Shown: positions 29,540 to 40,129 of the stretch, in pieces
Layout of the letters: the number at the start of each line of letters is the position of its first letter
Position numbering within the stretch: position 1 is the stretch's first letter
NCBI GenBank assembly: GCA_963763775.1
Contig: CAVXPZ010000001.1
Coordinates: 448,001-512,000, forward strand
DNA length: 64,000 bases
Direction of reading: 5' to 3'
Source: an uncultured Chloroflexia bacterium
Lineage (GTDB): Bacteria; Chloroflexota; Limnocylindria; Limnocylindrales; CSP1-4
Made by a program: the position numbers and the translations under genes
Notes under the pieces: model-generated
Seen by the model: the letters and a program-made list of their open reading frames with translations, nothing else
Database searches by the model: none
What the model was told of the DNA's origin: nothing

Positions 29540-31228
29540 ATGACCGCCGACGCGGGCACGACGCCAGCCCATGCGTTCCCCTCGATCCCGCTCCGTCGCC
29601 GGCTCTTCGGGCTCGGGAGCGTCTTCGGCAAGACCATGCGCGACTCGCGCCGCGCGATCGTCGTCGTCGGGCTGATCCTCGGACTGGTGCTCATCGCCGT
29701 GGCCGAAGCGATCGTCTCGGAGTTCTCGACCGTCGCGTCGCGCCAGGAGATGGCCGACCTGGTCCGCGCCGTCCCGCCCATCATGCAGGGGCTCGCCGGC
29801 AAGCCCGTCCACGTCGAGACCCTCGGCGGGTACATCTCGTACAAGTACGGGACGTTCTTCCCGCTGGTGGTGAGCCTCTGGTCGATCCTCGCCCTGTCCG
29901 GGACCCTCGCGAGCGAGGCGCGCCGCGGGAGCCTCGAGTTCGTGGCCGCGACGCCCCTGGCCCGAGCGCGGATCGCCCTCGAGAAGCTGTTCGGGCACAT
30001 CGTCGGCCTCACGATCGCGATGATCCTGATCTTCGCCTCGATCGCGATCGCGGGCAGTGTCATCGCCACCCTCCCGGGCGACGACATCTCCGTCGGTGCG
30101 GCGGCCGCGTACGCGGTGTGGCTCGGCCTGCTGGCCCTGGCCGCCGGCTCGGTGGCCTTCGCGCTCGCGCCGTTCCTCGGCCGTGGCGCGGCCGCGGGCA
30201 TCGCCGGCGCGATCCTGTTCGGTGGCTTCATCCTCAACGGCTACCAGAGCGCCATCCCCGAACTGGCGCCGTTCGCGAACCTCACCTGGTTCGGCTGGAC
30301 GGCCGACCACATCCCGCTCGCGGGGGAGTTCGACTGGGCGTCGGTGGGGCTCGTGGCGGTGGTCGCCGTGGTCCTGTGCGCGGTCGGCGTGGTGGCCTTC
30401 GTGCGACGGGACCTCGGGGCGACCAGCGCCGTCCCCACGCCCAGCCTGCCGCGCGCCCTGGTGGGTCTGCGCGGGCCGGTCGGGCGTGCCGCGGGGGAGA
30501 ACCTCGCGAATGCGCTCGCGTGGGGGATCGGCCTCGGCCTGTACGGGCTGGTGATCGCGGGCTCCGGCCGGTCGTTCGTGGAGCAGCTCGGGAACTCGCC
30601 CGACTTCCAGCACCTGCTCGGGAGCGTGTTCCCGGGCATCGACATCGCGACCGTCGGTGGCTTCCTCCAGCTGCTCTACGTCGAGTTCGGTCTCATCCTC
30701 GCCGGCCTCGCCTCGGCCACCCTGGTGGCGAACTGGGCGTCGGACGAGACGTCCGGGCGGCTCGAGCTGCTGCTCGCGTCCCCGCTCGCCCGCGCCCGCT
30801 GGGTCGTCGCCGGAGGGGTCGGGATCCTGATCTCGATCGCGGTGATCATCGGGCTGGCCGCCCTGGGGATCGCCATCGGGGCGGTGATCACGGGCGGCGA
30901 CATCGTCACGCCGGTGCTCGGGACGGTCGTCCTGGGGCTGTACGCGGTCGCGCTCGCCGGCATCGGGATCGCCGTCGGCGGCCTGTTCGGCACCGCGGCC
31001 GCCGGCGCGACCGTCGCGATCCTGACCATCCTGATCTGGTTCGTCGACATCATCGTGCCGGCACTCGGGCTGCCCGGGATCGTCCACGACCTGGCGTTGA
31101 CCGCGCACTACGGCCTGCCGATGCTCGGCCAGTGGGACGCGGTGGGCGTCGTCGCGTCACTCCTGCTCGGCGTGGGCGGTGTCGCCATCGGCGCCTGGGG
31201 CTTCACGCGTCGCGACCTGAGCGGATAG
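29540..31228 (+). CDS. ABC-2 type exporter permease with internally duplicated halves
   Basis: Two ~6-TM halves, each with an E..G.LE...P..R motif and ending F.RRDL. Confidence 0.85.
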   Translation: MTADAGTTPAHAFPSIPLRRRLFGLGSVFGKTMRDSRRAIVVVGLILGLVLIAVAEAIVSEFSTVASRQEMADLVRAVPPIMQGLAGKPVHVETLGGYISYKYGTFFPLVVSLWSILALSGTLASEARRGSLEFVAATPLARARIALEKLFGHIVGLTIAMILIFASIAIAGSVIATLPGDDISVGAAAAYAVWLGLLALAAGSVAFALAPFLGRGAAAGIAGAILFGGFILNGYQSAIPELAPFANLTWFGWTADHIPLAGEFDWASVGLVAVVAVVLCAVGVVAFVRRDLGATSAVPTPSLPRALVGLRGPVGRAAGENLANALAWGIGLGLYGLVIAGSGRSFVEQLGNSPDFQHLLGSVFPGIDIATVGGFLQLLYVEFGLILAGLASATLVANWASDETSGRLELLLASPLARARWVVAGGVGILISIAVIIGLAALGIAIGAVITGGDIVTPVLGTVVLGLYAVALAGIGIAVGGLFGTAAAGATVAILTILIWFVDIIVPALGLPGIVHDLALTAHYGLPMLGQWDAVGVVASLLLGVGGVAIGAWGFTRRDLSG

Positions 31229-31293
31229 GCGAGAGGTCGAGCGCCGCCGAGCGCCACCGTCGCTGGGCGCGTCGGATGGCACAATGCCGCCTG

Positions 31294-31930
31294 ATGCGTT
31301 CCGTGCCCGACCTCCCGACCCGCATCGCCGGCATCCCGGTGCCGCAGGACGACATCTCGTCCGCGACGTGGCGGTGGGCGCACCGGTCGTTGCCGGACTA
31401 CCTGCTCACCCATTCGGTCCGCGCCTACTGCTGGGGGGCGACGCTGGCCGCCGGCGAGGGATGGTCGTACGACGCCGCGCTCCTCTGGGCCGCGTCGCTG
31501 CTGCATGACCTGGGGCTCACGCGGATCCGGAAGAACACGATGTGCTTCGAGGTCGAGGGTGCCGAGATCGCGCGCCGGTTCCTGGAGGGCGAAGGCATGG
31601 CGCCCGAGACGGCGGAACGGGTCGCCGTCGCGATCATCCTGCACATGCAGCCGTCCGTGACGCTCGAGGACGGCGTCGAGAGCGTCCTGCTCGACCGCGC
31701 GACCAGCATCGACGTGCGCGGCGCCGACTACGCGCCTGATCGCGGCGACCAGGTCGGGCGTCATGGCGGACTTCCCGCGCCGGGCGTTCGACCGGCACTT
31801 CCTCGCCGCCATCCGGCGGGAGGCGGCGATCCGGCCGACGTGCCAGAGCGCGCGGCTGCTGCACGAGACGGACCTGGCCGGATGGATGGCGCGCTCGCCC
31901 TGGGCCACGGAGCCGAGGGGGCCCCGATGA
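31294..31930 (+). CDS. HD-domain protein (cyanamide hydratase-like), +1 frameshift near 31736
   Basis: HSVRAYCWG, SLLHDLGL, FEVEGA and IILHM. Confidence 0.78.
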
Positions 31931-32943
31931 GCGATGAGGCGACCGGAGCCAGTGGAGCCGCCGGGGCGACAGCACCTCCCGAGGCGGAACCCTATCCGCC
32001 GATCGAGCCGTACGACGCGGGGATGCTGGACGTCGGCGATGGCCAGGTCATCTACTGGGAGACGTCCGGGAACCCGGCCGGCAAGCCGGCCATCGCCTTG
32101 CATGGCGGCCCGGGCAGCGGGAGCACGCCGGGTCGGCGTCGCTGGTTCGACCCTGACCGGTACCGGATCGTGCAATTCGACCAGCGCGGCTGCGGCCGAA
32201 GCACCCCGCACGTGGGCGACCTCTCCGTCGAGCTCACGGACAACACGACCCATCACCTGATCGCCGACATCGAGCGGCTGCGTGAGCACCTCGGGATCGA
32301 GCGATGGCTGGTCTGGGGCGCGTCCTGGGGCGTGACCCTCGCGCTGGCGTATGCCGAACGGTTCCCGGCACGCGTCACGGAGATGGTCCTGCTCTCCATC
32401 ACGATGACGCGGCGGTCCGACGTGCGCTGGTTCGCGCACGACACCGGCCGGTTCTTCCCGGAGGAGTGGGGACGGTTCCGGGCCGGCGTGCCCGAAGCGG
32501 AGCGTGACGGCGATCTCGTCGCCGCCTACGACCGCCTGATCAACGGTGACGCGGACCCAGCCGTCCGTCTCCAGGCCGTGCGCGACTGGGTGGCCTGGGA
32601 GGACGCGATCCTCTCCCTCGAGGATGGCTACGTGTCGCCCCACCCGCGCTGGTCCGACGAGCGGTACATGATCGCGTTCGCGCGGCTCGTGACGCACTAC
32701 TTCTCGCATGGGGCGTGGCTCGAGGAGGGTGAGATCCTGGCGAAGGCCGCCCGGCTCGCCGGGATCCCGGCGCTCCTCGTGCACGGGCGCCTGGACCTTG
32801 CCGGCCCGCCGGATGTCGCCTGGGCGCTCGCCCAGGCCTGGCCGGACGCGGACCTGCACTTCATCGCCGGTGGACACACGGGTGACGCCGAGATGGACCG
32901 CCTGCTGCTCGAGGCCACGGACCGGTTCGCCGCCAGGTCCTGA
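31927..32943 (+). CDS. pip: Proline iminopeptidase (alpha/beta hydrolase)
   Basis: LHGGPGSG, FDQRGCGRS, NTTHHLIADIE, WGASWG and HGRLD. Confidence 0.87.
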   Translation: MSDEATGASGAAGATAPPEAEPYPPIEPYDAGMLDVGDGQVIYWETSGNPAGKPAIALHGGPGSGSTPGRRRWFDPDRYRIVQFDQRGCGRSTPHVGDLSVELTDNTTHHLIADIERLREHLGIERWLVWGASWGVTLALAYAERFPARVTEMVLLSITMTRRSDVRWFAHDTGRFFPEEWGRFRAGVPEAERDGDLVAAYDRLINGDADPAVRLQAVRDWVAWEDAILSLEDGYVSPHPRWSDERYMIAFARLVTHYFSHGAWLEEGEILAKAARLAGIPALLVHGRLDLAGPPDVAWALAQAWPDADLHFIAGGHTGDAEMDRLLLEATDRFAARS

Positions 32944-32976
32944 GGTGCCCGCCCTTCGAAGGCCGGCTCGCCCGGG

Positions 32977-33894
32977 CTAGCTCGTCGCCTCCGGACCCGC
33001 GACGCCGCCCCCGGCCAACGCGTCGATCACGGGGCCGACCTGCGGCGGCAGGTGCCCGGCCGCCAGGAATCGTCGCAGGTGCTCCGCACTCCGTGGCTCG
33101 GCCGCCCGCGCCTCCGCGAAGAGGCCTCGAGCCTCGTCGACGCGGCCGGCCCCGGCGACCATGACAGCGGTCCACAGCGTGATCTGGTCGTCGTCGGGGG
33201 CGAGCGCGTGGGCCTCCTCCATCGCCGCGGCGGCCGTGGCGAGGTCGCCGGCCCTCGCGGGCGCCTCCGACCGGTCGAACGCCTCGTAGGCGCGCGCCAG
33301 GCGGAGCAGGCGGGCCAGCTCGTCGAGCGGGACGCGATGGTCCTCGACCCGAAGGTCGTACGTCGTCGCCCAGGCGGGTCCGGACGCCGGCACGACGAGC
33401 AGGGCCGCCGACTGCCGCCCGCGGACGTCGCCGCCTTCGGCTTCCGCGGCCCGCAGGGCCGCCATCAACCGGTCCGCGAGGTGGCCGGAGGTGGACCGAA
33501 ACGCCGCCTCCATGGCCGGCCACACGCTGGCGCGTTCCATCATGTTGGCCTGGATCGCCAGGCCGTCGGCGATGACGTGACCGGCCTGGGCGACGCACCG
33601 GGCGCCGGTGAACGACGCCGACCGACCCATCGCGTCGACGATGCCGACCTGGCGGACCTCGCGGTCGTAGTCATCCGCGAGCAGGTCGTCGAGGACAGCC
33701 GGCGCCGCCTCGCCCGTGCGCATCCGCGCCAGGCCCAGCGGGCCATAGCTCTTGAGCGAGAACGACTGCGTGGCGACCGCGCCGATGCCCGGCTCGGCCC
33801 ACGGGACGGTCTCGCCGACATTGGGCCACCGCGTCTGGACCGCCACACCGAGTTCCCCGGTCACCGGGTCGCGGGCCACGATCGAGTACGTCAT
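32977..33894 (-). CDS. DUF1028 family Ntn-hydrolase-like protein with C-terminal TPR-like helices
   Basis: MTYSIVARD..TGELGVAVQ, GAVATQ, RQVGIVD and GGDVRGRQSAAL. Confidence 0.87.
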   Translation of the reverse strand: MTYSIVARDPVTGELGVAVQTRWPNVGETVPWAEPGIGAVATQSFSLKSYGPLGLARMRTGEAAPAVLDDLLADDYDREVRQVGIVDAMGRSASFTGARCVAQAGHVIADGLAIQANMMERASVWPAMEAAFRSTSGHLADRLMAALRAAEAEGGDVRGRQSAALLVVPASGPAWATTYDLRVEDHRVPLDELARLLRLARAYEAFDRSEAPARAGDLATAAAAMEEAHALAPDDDQITLWTAVMVAGAGRVDEARGLFAEARAAEPRSAEHLRRFLAAGHLPPQVGPVIDALAGGGVAGPEATS

Positions 33895-33909
33895 CGGGCG
33901 CTCCTTGGT

Positions 33910-34351
33910 CTACGCCGGGATCGGCTCGAGGACGAAGACGGGGATCTGCCGCGTGGTCCGGGTCTGGTACTTCGCGTAGTCCGGCCAGGCGGCCACGGCG
34001 CGCTCCCACCAGATCGACCGCTCGGGCCCGACCGCCTCCCGGGCGAGGTAGTCGCCCTTGGCCGCCCCGTCCTGCAGCTCGACGTGGGGGTTCGCCACGA
34101 GGTTGTGATACCAGACCGGGTGCTTCTCGGCGCCGCCATCAGAGGCGACGACCGCGTACGTCCCCTCGTGCTCGACTCGCATCAGGGCGGTCTTGCGCAG
34201 CTTGCCGGTCCGGGCCCCGACGGATCGTCAGGACGATGATCGGCCGTCCGCGCAGCTCCGCCGACTGCCGGCCGTCGGTGGCCTCGTAGCGCTCGGCCTG
34301 CTTCCGTGCCCACGCGGCGGTGCTCGGTGCGTAGTCTCCCTCGAGCGGCAT
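33910..34351 (-). CDS. Deazaflavin-dependent nitroreductase family protein, +1 frameshift near 34223
   Basis: [13 protein letters not shown], then [20 protein letters not shown] and [10 protein letters not shown]. Confidence 0.83.
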
Positions 34352-34358
34352 CGGCGAA

Positions 34359-35043
34359 TCATCGCACCCGCGGACCTCCCGCGCCGCCGCTCATCGGCCG
34401 GAGCGTGTACACGCGCGCCCGTCGATGGGCGAGGTCCTCGAGCTCGGATGTCGTCCGGACGTCGTAGGCGGCGACCTCGACGAGGTCGGCGACCGGGAGG
34501 AACCGCCGTCCCGGATCCCCGACGAGGATGTCGATGCCGCGATCCTCGGCGCGGCGGAGCCACGGGAGCACGCGCGCCGCGAACGTCGCCTCGTACCACG
34601 CGTCACCCACGATGACCACGTCGACATCCGGCGGGTCGTCGTCCAGGACGTCGCGCGCGCAGCGCCCCGACGCGCACGCGGTTGGCACGAGCGTTCAGGG
34701 GGATCGCCGCGATGGCATAGGGGTCGATGTCCACGCCGGTCGCCGCGGCCGCGCCGGCGCGCATCGCCGCGATCGCGCACAGCCCGGAACCGGACGCGAG
34801 GTCGAAGACGCGTCGACCCGCCACCGCCTCTGGGTGATCGGCGAGATACCGGGCGAGGGCGAGACCACCGCCCCAGGCGACCGCCCAGTAGGGGAGGGGC
34901 GCGTCGGGATCGCCCGATGCCTGCTGGAGGGCATGCCAGACGGGCAGCACGTCGTCGGCGAGGTGCAGTCGGATCGCCGGCACGTCCGGGACGGGCCGGA
35001 GCGTGGTGTGGCGAAGCACGAAGGCTCGGGCGGACGTGGCCAT
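34359..35043 (-). CDS. SAM-dependent (lysine/PrmA-like) methyltransferase, +1 frameshift near 34665
   Basis: PYWAVAWGGG.ALAR, DLASGSGL and GDAWYE...GDPGR. Confidence 0.8.
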
Positions 35044-35120
35044 CGTCCGACTCTACGCCACGGCGAGGGACGGATCGGCGTGCGATGATCGGCGCGCCCC
35101 ACGATCCGAGGAGAAGTCCC

Positions 35121-35489
35121 ATGGCCGGCCCCACCACCGTCGACGAGTACATCGCCGCGCTCCCGAAGGAGCGGCGTGCGACCGTGGTGCAGTTGCGGCG
35201 GACCGTGACGGTCGCGGCCCCCGGTGCCACCGAGACGATCGCCTACCAGATGCCGGCCCTCCGGAGTCACGGCGACCAGTTCCTGATGTCCTACGCCGCG
35301 TACAAGCACCACTACAGCCTCTTCCCCGCGAGCGGCGCCGTCATCGAGGCGCTGGGCGACGCGCTGACCCCGTACCTCGCCGGGAAGGGGACCATCCGGT
35401 TCCCGGCGGACCAGCCGCTCCCGGTCGATCTCGTGACCAGGGTCGTCCAGGTCCGGGTCGCCGAGAACGCCGCGAAGGCGAAGGGCTGA
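35121..35489 (+). CDS. DUF1801/YdhG-like protein
   Basis: TVDEYIAALP, ETIAYQMP and KGTIRFP..PLP. GAGGAG RBS. Confidence 0.85.
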   Translation: MAGPTTVDEYIAALPKERRATVVQLRRTVTVAAPGATETIAYQMPALRSHGDQFLMSYAAYKHHYSLFPASGAVIEALGDALTPYLAGKGTIRFPADQPLPVDLVTRVVQVRVAENAAKAKG

Positions 35490-35526
35490 GGGCGCATCCG
35501 CGCTGATCCGAGGAGGGACTCCGGCG

Positions 35527-36225
35527 TTGTCGACCGAAACCGTCACCGGGCTGCTGCTGATCCTCGTCCCGATCGCCTTCAATCTCGCGTTCTTCGAGCT
35601 CGGCCGCGCGTTCGACTACCCGGACATCCTTCGCAAGGAGCCCGACGAGATCCTCCGACGGTTCGCCGCGGGCGGCGCGGGGCTGATCCTGCGCTGGGAA
35701 GCCCTGCTCCTCAGCGCGTTCCTGATGCTCCCGCTCGCGGCGCTCGTGGCCGTGGTCCTGGGTGCGGCGCCCGCGCTCACGGCCCTCTCGATCGTGATCG
35801 GTGCGGCGGCGGCCCTCGTGCAGTCGCTGGGCCTCGTCCGGTGGCCGTTCGCCGTGCCCGAGCTGGCCCGGCGGTACGTCGCGGCGCCGGACGGTCCGGA
35901 CGGTGACGCGACCCGTCGCACGGTGGAAGTCGTCTTCGCCACGCTCCATCGGCTCCTCGGGGTCGGGATCGGCGAGCATCTCGGGTATCTCTGCACCGGC
36001 CTGTGGACACTGCTCGTGGCGGCGTCGATGCTCACGACGGATGTCGTCCCGTCGTGGCTGGGCGTCATCGGTGTCCCAATCGGCCTGGCGCTCCTCGTCG
36101 GCACCCTCGAATTCGTCGGGCCGAACGAGCCGGACGGCTGGCCGCTCGCCGGGATGATCGTGCCGATCGCGTACATCGCCTGGTCGGTCTGGCTCATCGC
36201 GTTCGGCGTCCTCCTCCTGGTCTGA
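35527..36225 (+). CDS. DUF4386-like integral membrane protein
   Basis: FDYPDILR, GLVRWPFAVP, GVGIGEHLGY and ~6 TM helices. GGAGG RBS before a TTG start. Confidence 0.75.
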   Translation: MSTETVTGLLLILVPIAFNLAFFELGRAFDYPDILRKEPDEILRRFAAGGAGLILRWEALLLSAFLMLPLAALVAVVLGAAPALTALSIVIGAAAALVQSLGLVRWPFAVPELARRYVAAPDGPDGDATRRTVEVVFATLHRLLGVGIGEHLGYLCTGLWTLLVAASMLTTDVVPSWLGVIGVPIGLALLVGTLEFVGPNEPDGWPLAGMIVPIAYIAWSVWLIAFGVLLLV

Positions 36226-36374
36226 CGGGCGATCGCCGAGGGCGGGCCGGACCTCGCGCCGCCGTCGAAGCTGTCTAGTGGCGGGCCTTTCGGCCTATTG
36301 GCGCTTCCGCGACGCGGTGGTTGCCTCGAATCACGGCCGCGAGTCCACGACGGCCGATCGAGGAGGTCACGCCG

Positions 36375-37549
36375 ATGCCGATCGTGCGCGCGGGTCCGAA
36401 CCAGTACCTGTTGGTGGGGCGCGGGGGAGGGCTCGAGAACCGGGGTTCGGCCGTCCAGGCGATCCTTCGCCCGGGCACCATCTACGTCCTCGATCCCGAG
36501 CACGAAGCAGGAGGCCGCGTTCGAGTTCACGCAGGAGACGAAGGACGGCATCCCGCTCCGGTTCAAGGGCACGGTCATCTACCGGATCACGGACCCGGGC
36601 GCCGCCGCCCGACTCTTCGACTTCAGCGGTGGGGACGGCGTCGGGCAGATCACCACGCTCCTCACCCATGTCTGCCTCGGTGAGCTGCGCCACGCCGTCT
36701 CGCACATGACGATGGTCGAGTGCATCGAGCAGCGCAAGACCACGCTCAGCGGCGTCGTCGAGACGGCGATGCAGGCGACCATCCGCGACGGCGACGAGCA
36801 GGGGCGTGCCTGGGGGATCGACGTCGAGGTCGCCCAGGTCGCCCAGGTCTTCATCGTCGACGCGGCCCTCCGGCAGCAGCTGGAGGCCGAAGTCCGCAAC
36901 GACATCAAGCTCAAGAGCGATCAGTCGGACATCCGGTCGAAGCAGGAGATCCGGCTGGCCGAGCTGGCTGCCGAGGGCCGCGTCCAGGAGCAGAAGCTCG
37001 CCAGTGACCGGGACGTGCTGCGACGCGAGGAAGCGCTGGAGATGGCGACGATCGAGCGGGAGCGGCGCCGGCAGACCGAGGCCCTCGCCACCGAACAGCA
37101 GGCCCTGGAGCTCGCCCGAGAGCGATCCCACGGGCAGCTGGCGGCCGACCTGGACCGCGTGGACTCCGGAGACGCCCGTTCGGCTGCACGAGATCGAGCG
37201 GCAGGGCGCGGTCCTCCGCGAGACGCTGGAACTCCGCCGGCTCCAGCACCAGGTCCAGGCGCTCGAAGTCGAGCGCGACCTGCTGCTCGCCCGTGCCCAG
37301 CAGGACATGCGTCGCGAAATGCTCCCGCTCGAACAGGCACCTCGGATCGTGGAGGCGGCCTCGGGCGTCCTCCGCGGCACGAACCTGTCGATCTACGGCG
37401 AGGACGGCCAGCTGCTCGGGCAGCTCGCGCCGATCTTCGACCTGCTGACCCGTGCTGTGGGCCAGGCAACGCAAGGCGTCGCGCCGGCCGTCCCGCCGGT
37501 TGCGGAGCCGGTGGCTGCCGACGCGGGTGCCGGAGCGGACGCTCGCTGA
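36375..37549 (+). CDS. SPFH/flotillin-like protein with coiled-coil tail, +1 frameshifts near 36491 and 37165
   Basis: AGGAGG RBS. AGPNQYL, TKDGIPLRFKG.VIYRI, WGIDVE and an E/R/Q-rich coiled coil across three frames. Confidence 0.75.
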
Positions 37550-37580
37550 AGCGGGCCGCCGTGGCGGGTACCCTAGGCCG

Positions 37581-38288
37581 ATGGAGCCACGGATCCTCGG
37601 CATCGTGGGCGGCGTCGGTCCGGAGTCGACGATCGACTACTACCGGTCGATCGTCTCGGGCTGGCGCCGGCGCCGGCCCGACGGCACGTTCCCGCGGGTC
37701 ACCATCGCGAGCGTGGACGGCGGGACGGTCATCGCGCAGCTCGGTGCCGGCGAGTTCGAGGCCGTCGGACGGGCGTTCGGGGCGGCGGTCTCGGAACTCG
37801 CCGCCGCCGGGTGCGGGCGAGCCCTGATCGCGTCCAACGCCGGCCATCTCGCGTTCGAGCACCTTGCGCCCTCGCCGGCGATCGGGCTCATCCACATCGT
37901 CGATGCCGCGCGTGACGCGGCGCTCGCCGCGGGCCACCGACGGCTCGGGATCATCGGGACGACGTTCGTCATGCGGTCGAGCCTGTTCACGGACCGCATG
38001 GTCCCGGCCGGCATCGAGGTGATCGTGCCGTCGCCCGAGGAACAGGACATCGTGCACGGGATCTACCTCGGCGAGCTCGTGGAAGGCGTGTTCCGCGACG
38101 AGAGCCGGGACCGCGTGGTCGCGGTGATCGCCGCGATGCGAGACCGCGACGGGATCGACGGGGTCATCCTCGGCGGGACGGAGTTGGCGTTGATCCTGAC
38201 CGAGCCGACCTACGCCGCCGTGCCGATCCTCAACACGGCACGGATCCACATCGAGGCGGCCGTCGACTGGCTGCTCGGCCAGGCGTAG
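37581..38288 (+). CDS. Aspartate/glutamate racemase family protein lacking both canonical Cys
   Basis: GIVGGVGPESTIDYY. ASNAGH and ILGGTEL at the two catalytic positions. Confidence 0.85.
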   Translation: MEPRILGIVGGVGPESTIDYYRSIVSGWRRRRPDGTFPRVTIASVDGGTVIAQLGAGEFEAVGRAFGAAVSELAAAGCGRALIASNAGHLAFEHLAPSPAIGLIHIVDAARDAALAAGHRRLGIIGTTFVMRSSLFTDRMVPAGIEVIVPSPEEQDIVHGIYLGELVEGVFRDESRDRVVAVIAAMRDRDGIDGVILGGTELALILTEPTYAAVPILNTARIHIEAAVDWLLGQA

Positions 38289-38324
38289 CGACCGCGGATG
38301 GCGGTGCGCGCGTCGGGCCGGAGC

Positions 38325-40106
38325 TCAGGCCTCCCGGCTCAGGATGACGACGCCGTAGGGACCGACCGAGACGCGGCCGCTCTGGTCGAACCCGTCCGCC
38401 GGCGGGCCGTCCGCCTCGAGGTCGAAGACGTCGTGGCTGCCGAACTCCGGGTCGTAGGTGGACGCATCGGCGTTGAACCGGACGTTCCAGCGGCCCGGCG
38501 CGGGCAAGCCCAGCGGGAGGTCGTCGACGGTCCGATCGGCGAAGTTCGCGATCACGACCGTGTCGTCGTGCGGCCCGCCGTCCATCCACCGGTGCATGGC
38601 GAGCAGTTTGGCGTCGTCATCGGCACGGATGATGGCGACATTGGAACCCCGCAGGCCGCGGGTGACGCCGTCGCGATCGCGGCGAAGGGCGATGAGGTCG
38701 CGGTGCAGGCGAAGGATCCCGCGGTTCGTGCTCGCCTTCTCCCAGTCGAGGGCCACCGTGTCGTCGAACCACCGGTCCTCAAGCAGTTCCTGTCCCTGGA
38801 ACAGCATCGGCATGCCAGGAGAGGTGAGGACGAGGGCCGATCCGAGGACGGACCGCTTCTTCGCCCACCAGTCGTCAGCGGTTCCCGGCGAGATCTCCTC
38901 GGGGACGCGGGTCCGTCCATTGGCGACCTCGTCGTGCGATTCGGTGTAGATGACCCGCTGGAGCGCCGCGCCGCGGCCTTCGCCGAGGATCGCGGTCACG
39001 ACGTCGTCGATGTCGCGGTCCGCATCGTCGGAGGCGACCAACGCCGGACGGACCCGATAGATGAACCCGGCGTCCCACTGCGCGTCGAACCCCGCGCCGC
39101 CCTCGTCGGTGGGCGTCGTCAGGGCAGGGTCGTCCCGCATGTCCTCGGCGATGCTGATCTTCCAGGGCTGGCGGCCTCGGATCTCGTCGGTCAGCCACGC
39201 CAGGAAGGACCAGCCGTCCGGGAGCGCTGACGCCGGGTCGCCCGGGTCGCCATCCACGGTCCGGATGTTCACGGTCGCGTCGAAGCGGAGGCCGTCGCAA
39301 CGGAACTCCTCGAGCCACGTCAGGGCGCTGTCCCGCAGGAACGTGCGCACCTCGCCGCGGCCGTAGTCGGGACGAGTGTCGCCCCACGGCGTGACGGCAC
39401 GGTCGTCGTTGTAGACGTAGATCCCGCCGCCGTCGTCCTCGTGCCAGCCGTCGAACCGCCAGAGGTCGAGATCGGACGGCCCGAGATGGTTGTAGACGAC
39501 GTCGACGATCACCGCGATCCCATGGGTGTGTGCGTCGCGGACGAATCGCTTGAACGCATCCGGGCCGCCGTAGCCGGATTCGATCGCGAACAGGTGCGCC
39601 GGGTTGTACCCCCACGAGACATCACCGGCGAATTCGAACGGGGGCATCACCTGGACGGCGGAGACGCCGAGTCGCTCGAGGTAGGGGAGGCGCCGGCGGG
39701 CCGCGTCGAACGTTCCGCGCCGGTCTTCGGTGGCGGCGAACGTCCCGATGTGCATCTCGTAGATGACCAGGTCGTCCCATGAGGGCGTGCTGAACGCGTC
39801 GTCGCCCCAGTCGAAGGCCGCCGGGTCGTAGACGATGCTGTTCCCGACCGAGTTGGTGACGTGGCGGGCGTACGGATCCATGCGCGACAGGTCGCCGTCG
39901 TTCGTCCGGATCGTGAAGCGATACTCCGCACCGGCCTCGACCCCGTCCACGTCCGTGGACCACACGCCGCTCGAGCCGTCACCGTCAAGGCGCAAGGCGG
40001 TCCGGTCCTGCGCCCAGTCGTCGAACGAGCCGGTCACGAACACCGCGCTCGCGTGGGGCGCCCACACGCGGAACGTGGTCCCGCCGGCGTACGGGATCGC
40101 GCCCAT
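38325..40106 (-). CDS. GH13 glycoside hydrolase with CBM48 (branching enzyme / trehalohydrolase-like)
   Basis: FRVWAPHA, YEMHIGTF, WGYNP, DVVYNH, DGLRFDA, IAED and SHDE. Confidence 0.88.
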   Translation of the reverse strand: MGAIPYAGGTTFRVWAPHASAVFVTGSFDDWAQDRTALRLDGDGSSGVWSTDVDGVEAGAEYRFTIRTNDGDLSRMDPYARHVTNSVGNSIVYDPAAFDWGDDAFSTPSWDDLVIYEMHIGTFAATEDRRGTFDAARRRLPYLERLGVSAVQVMPPFEFAGDVSWGYNPAHLFAIESGYGGPDAFKRFVRDAHTHGIAVIVDVVYNHLGPSDLDLWRFDGWHEDDGGGIYVYNDDRAVTPWGDTRPDYGRGEVRTFLRDSALTWLEEFRCDGLRFDATVNIRTVDGDPGDPASALPDGWSFLAWLTDEIRGRQPWKISIAEDMRDDPALTTPTDEGGAGFDAQWDAGFIYRVRPALVASDDADRDIDDVVTAILGEGRGAALQRVIYTESHDEVANGRTRVPEEISPGTADDWWAKKRSVLGSALVLTSPGMPMLFQGQELLEDRWFDDTVALDWEKASTNRGILRLHRDLIALRRDRDGVTRGLRGSNVAIIRADDDAKLLAMHRWMDGGPHDDTVVIANFADRTVDDLPLGLPAPGRWNVRFNADASTYDPEFGSHDVFDLEADGPPADGFDQSGRVSVGPYGVVILSREA

Positions 40107-40129
40107 GCCCGGGCGACTCGATGGAGCCT

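Noticed and set aside
30118-32943. Apparent HD-domain/proline iminopeptidase fusion (941 aa)
   Set aside because: It is produced by the +1 shift near 31736. The corrected HD gene stops at 31930 with an ATGA overlap to pip.
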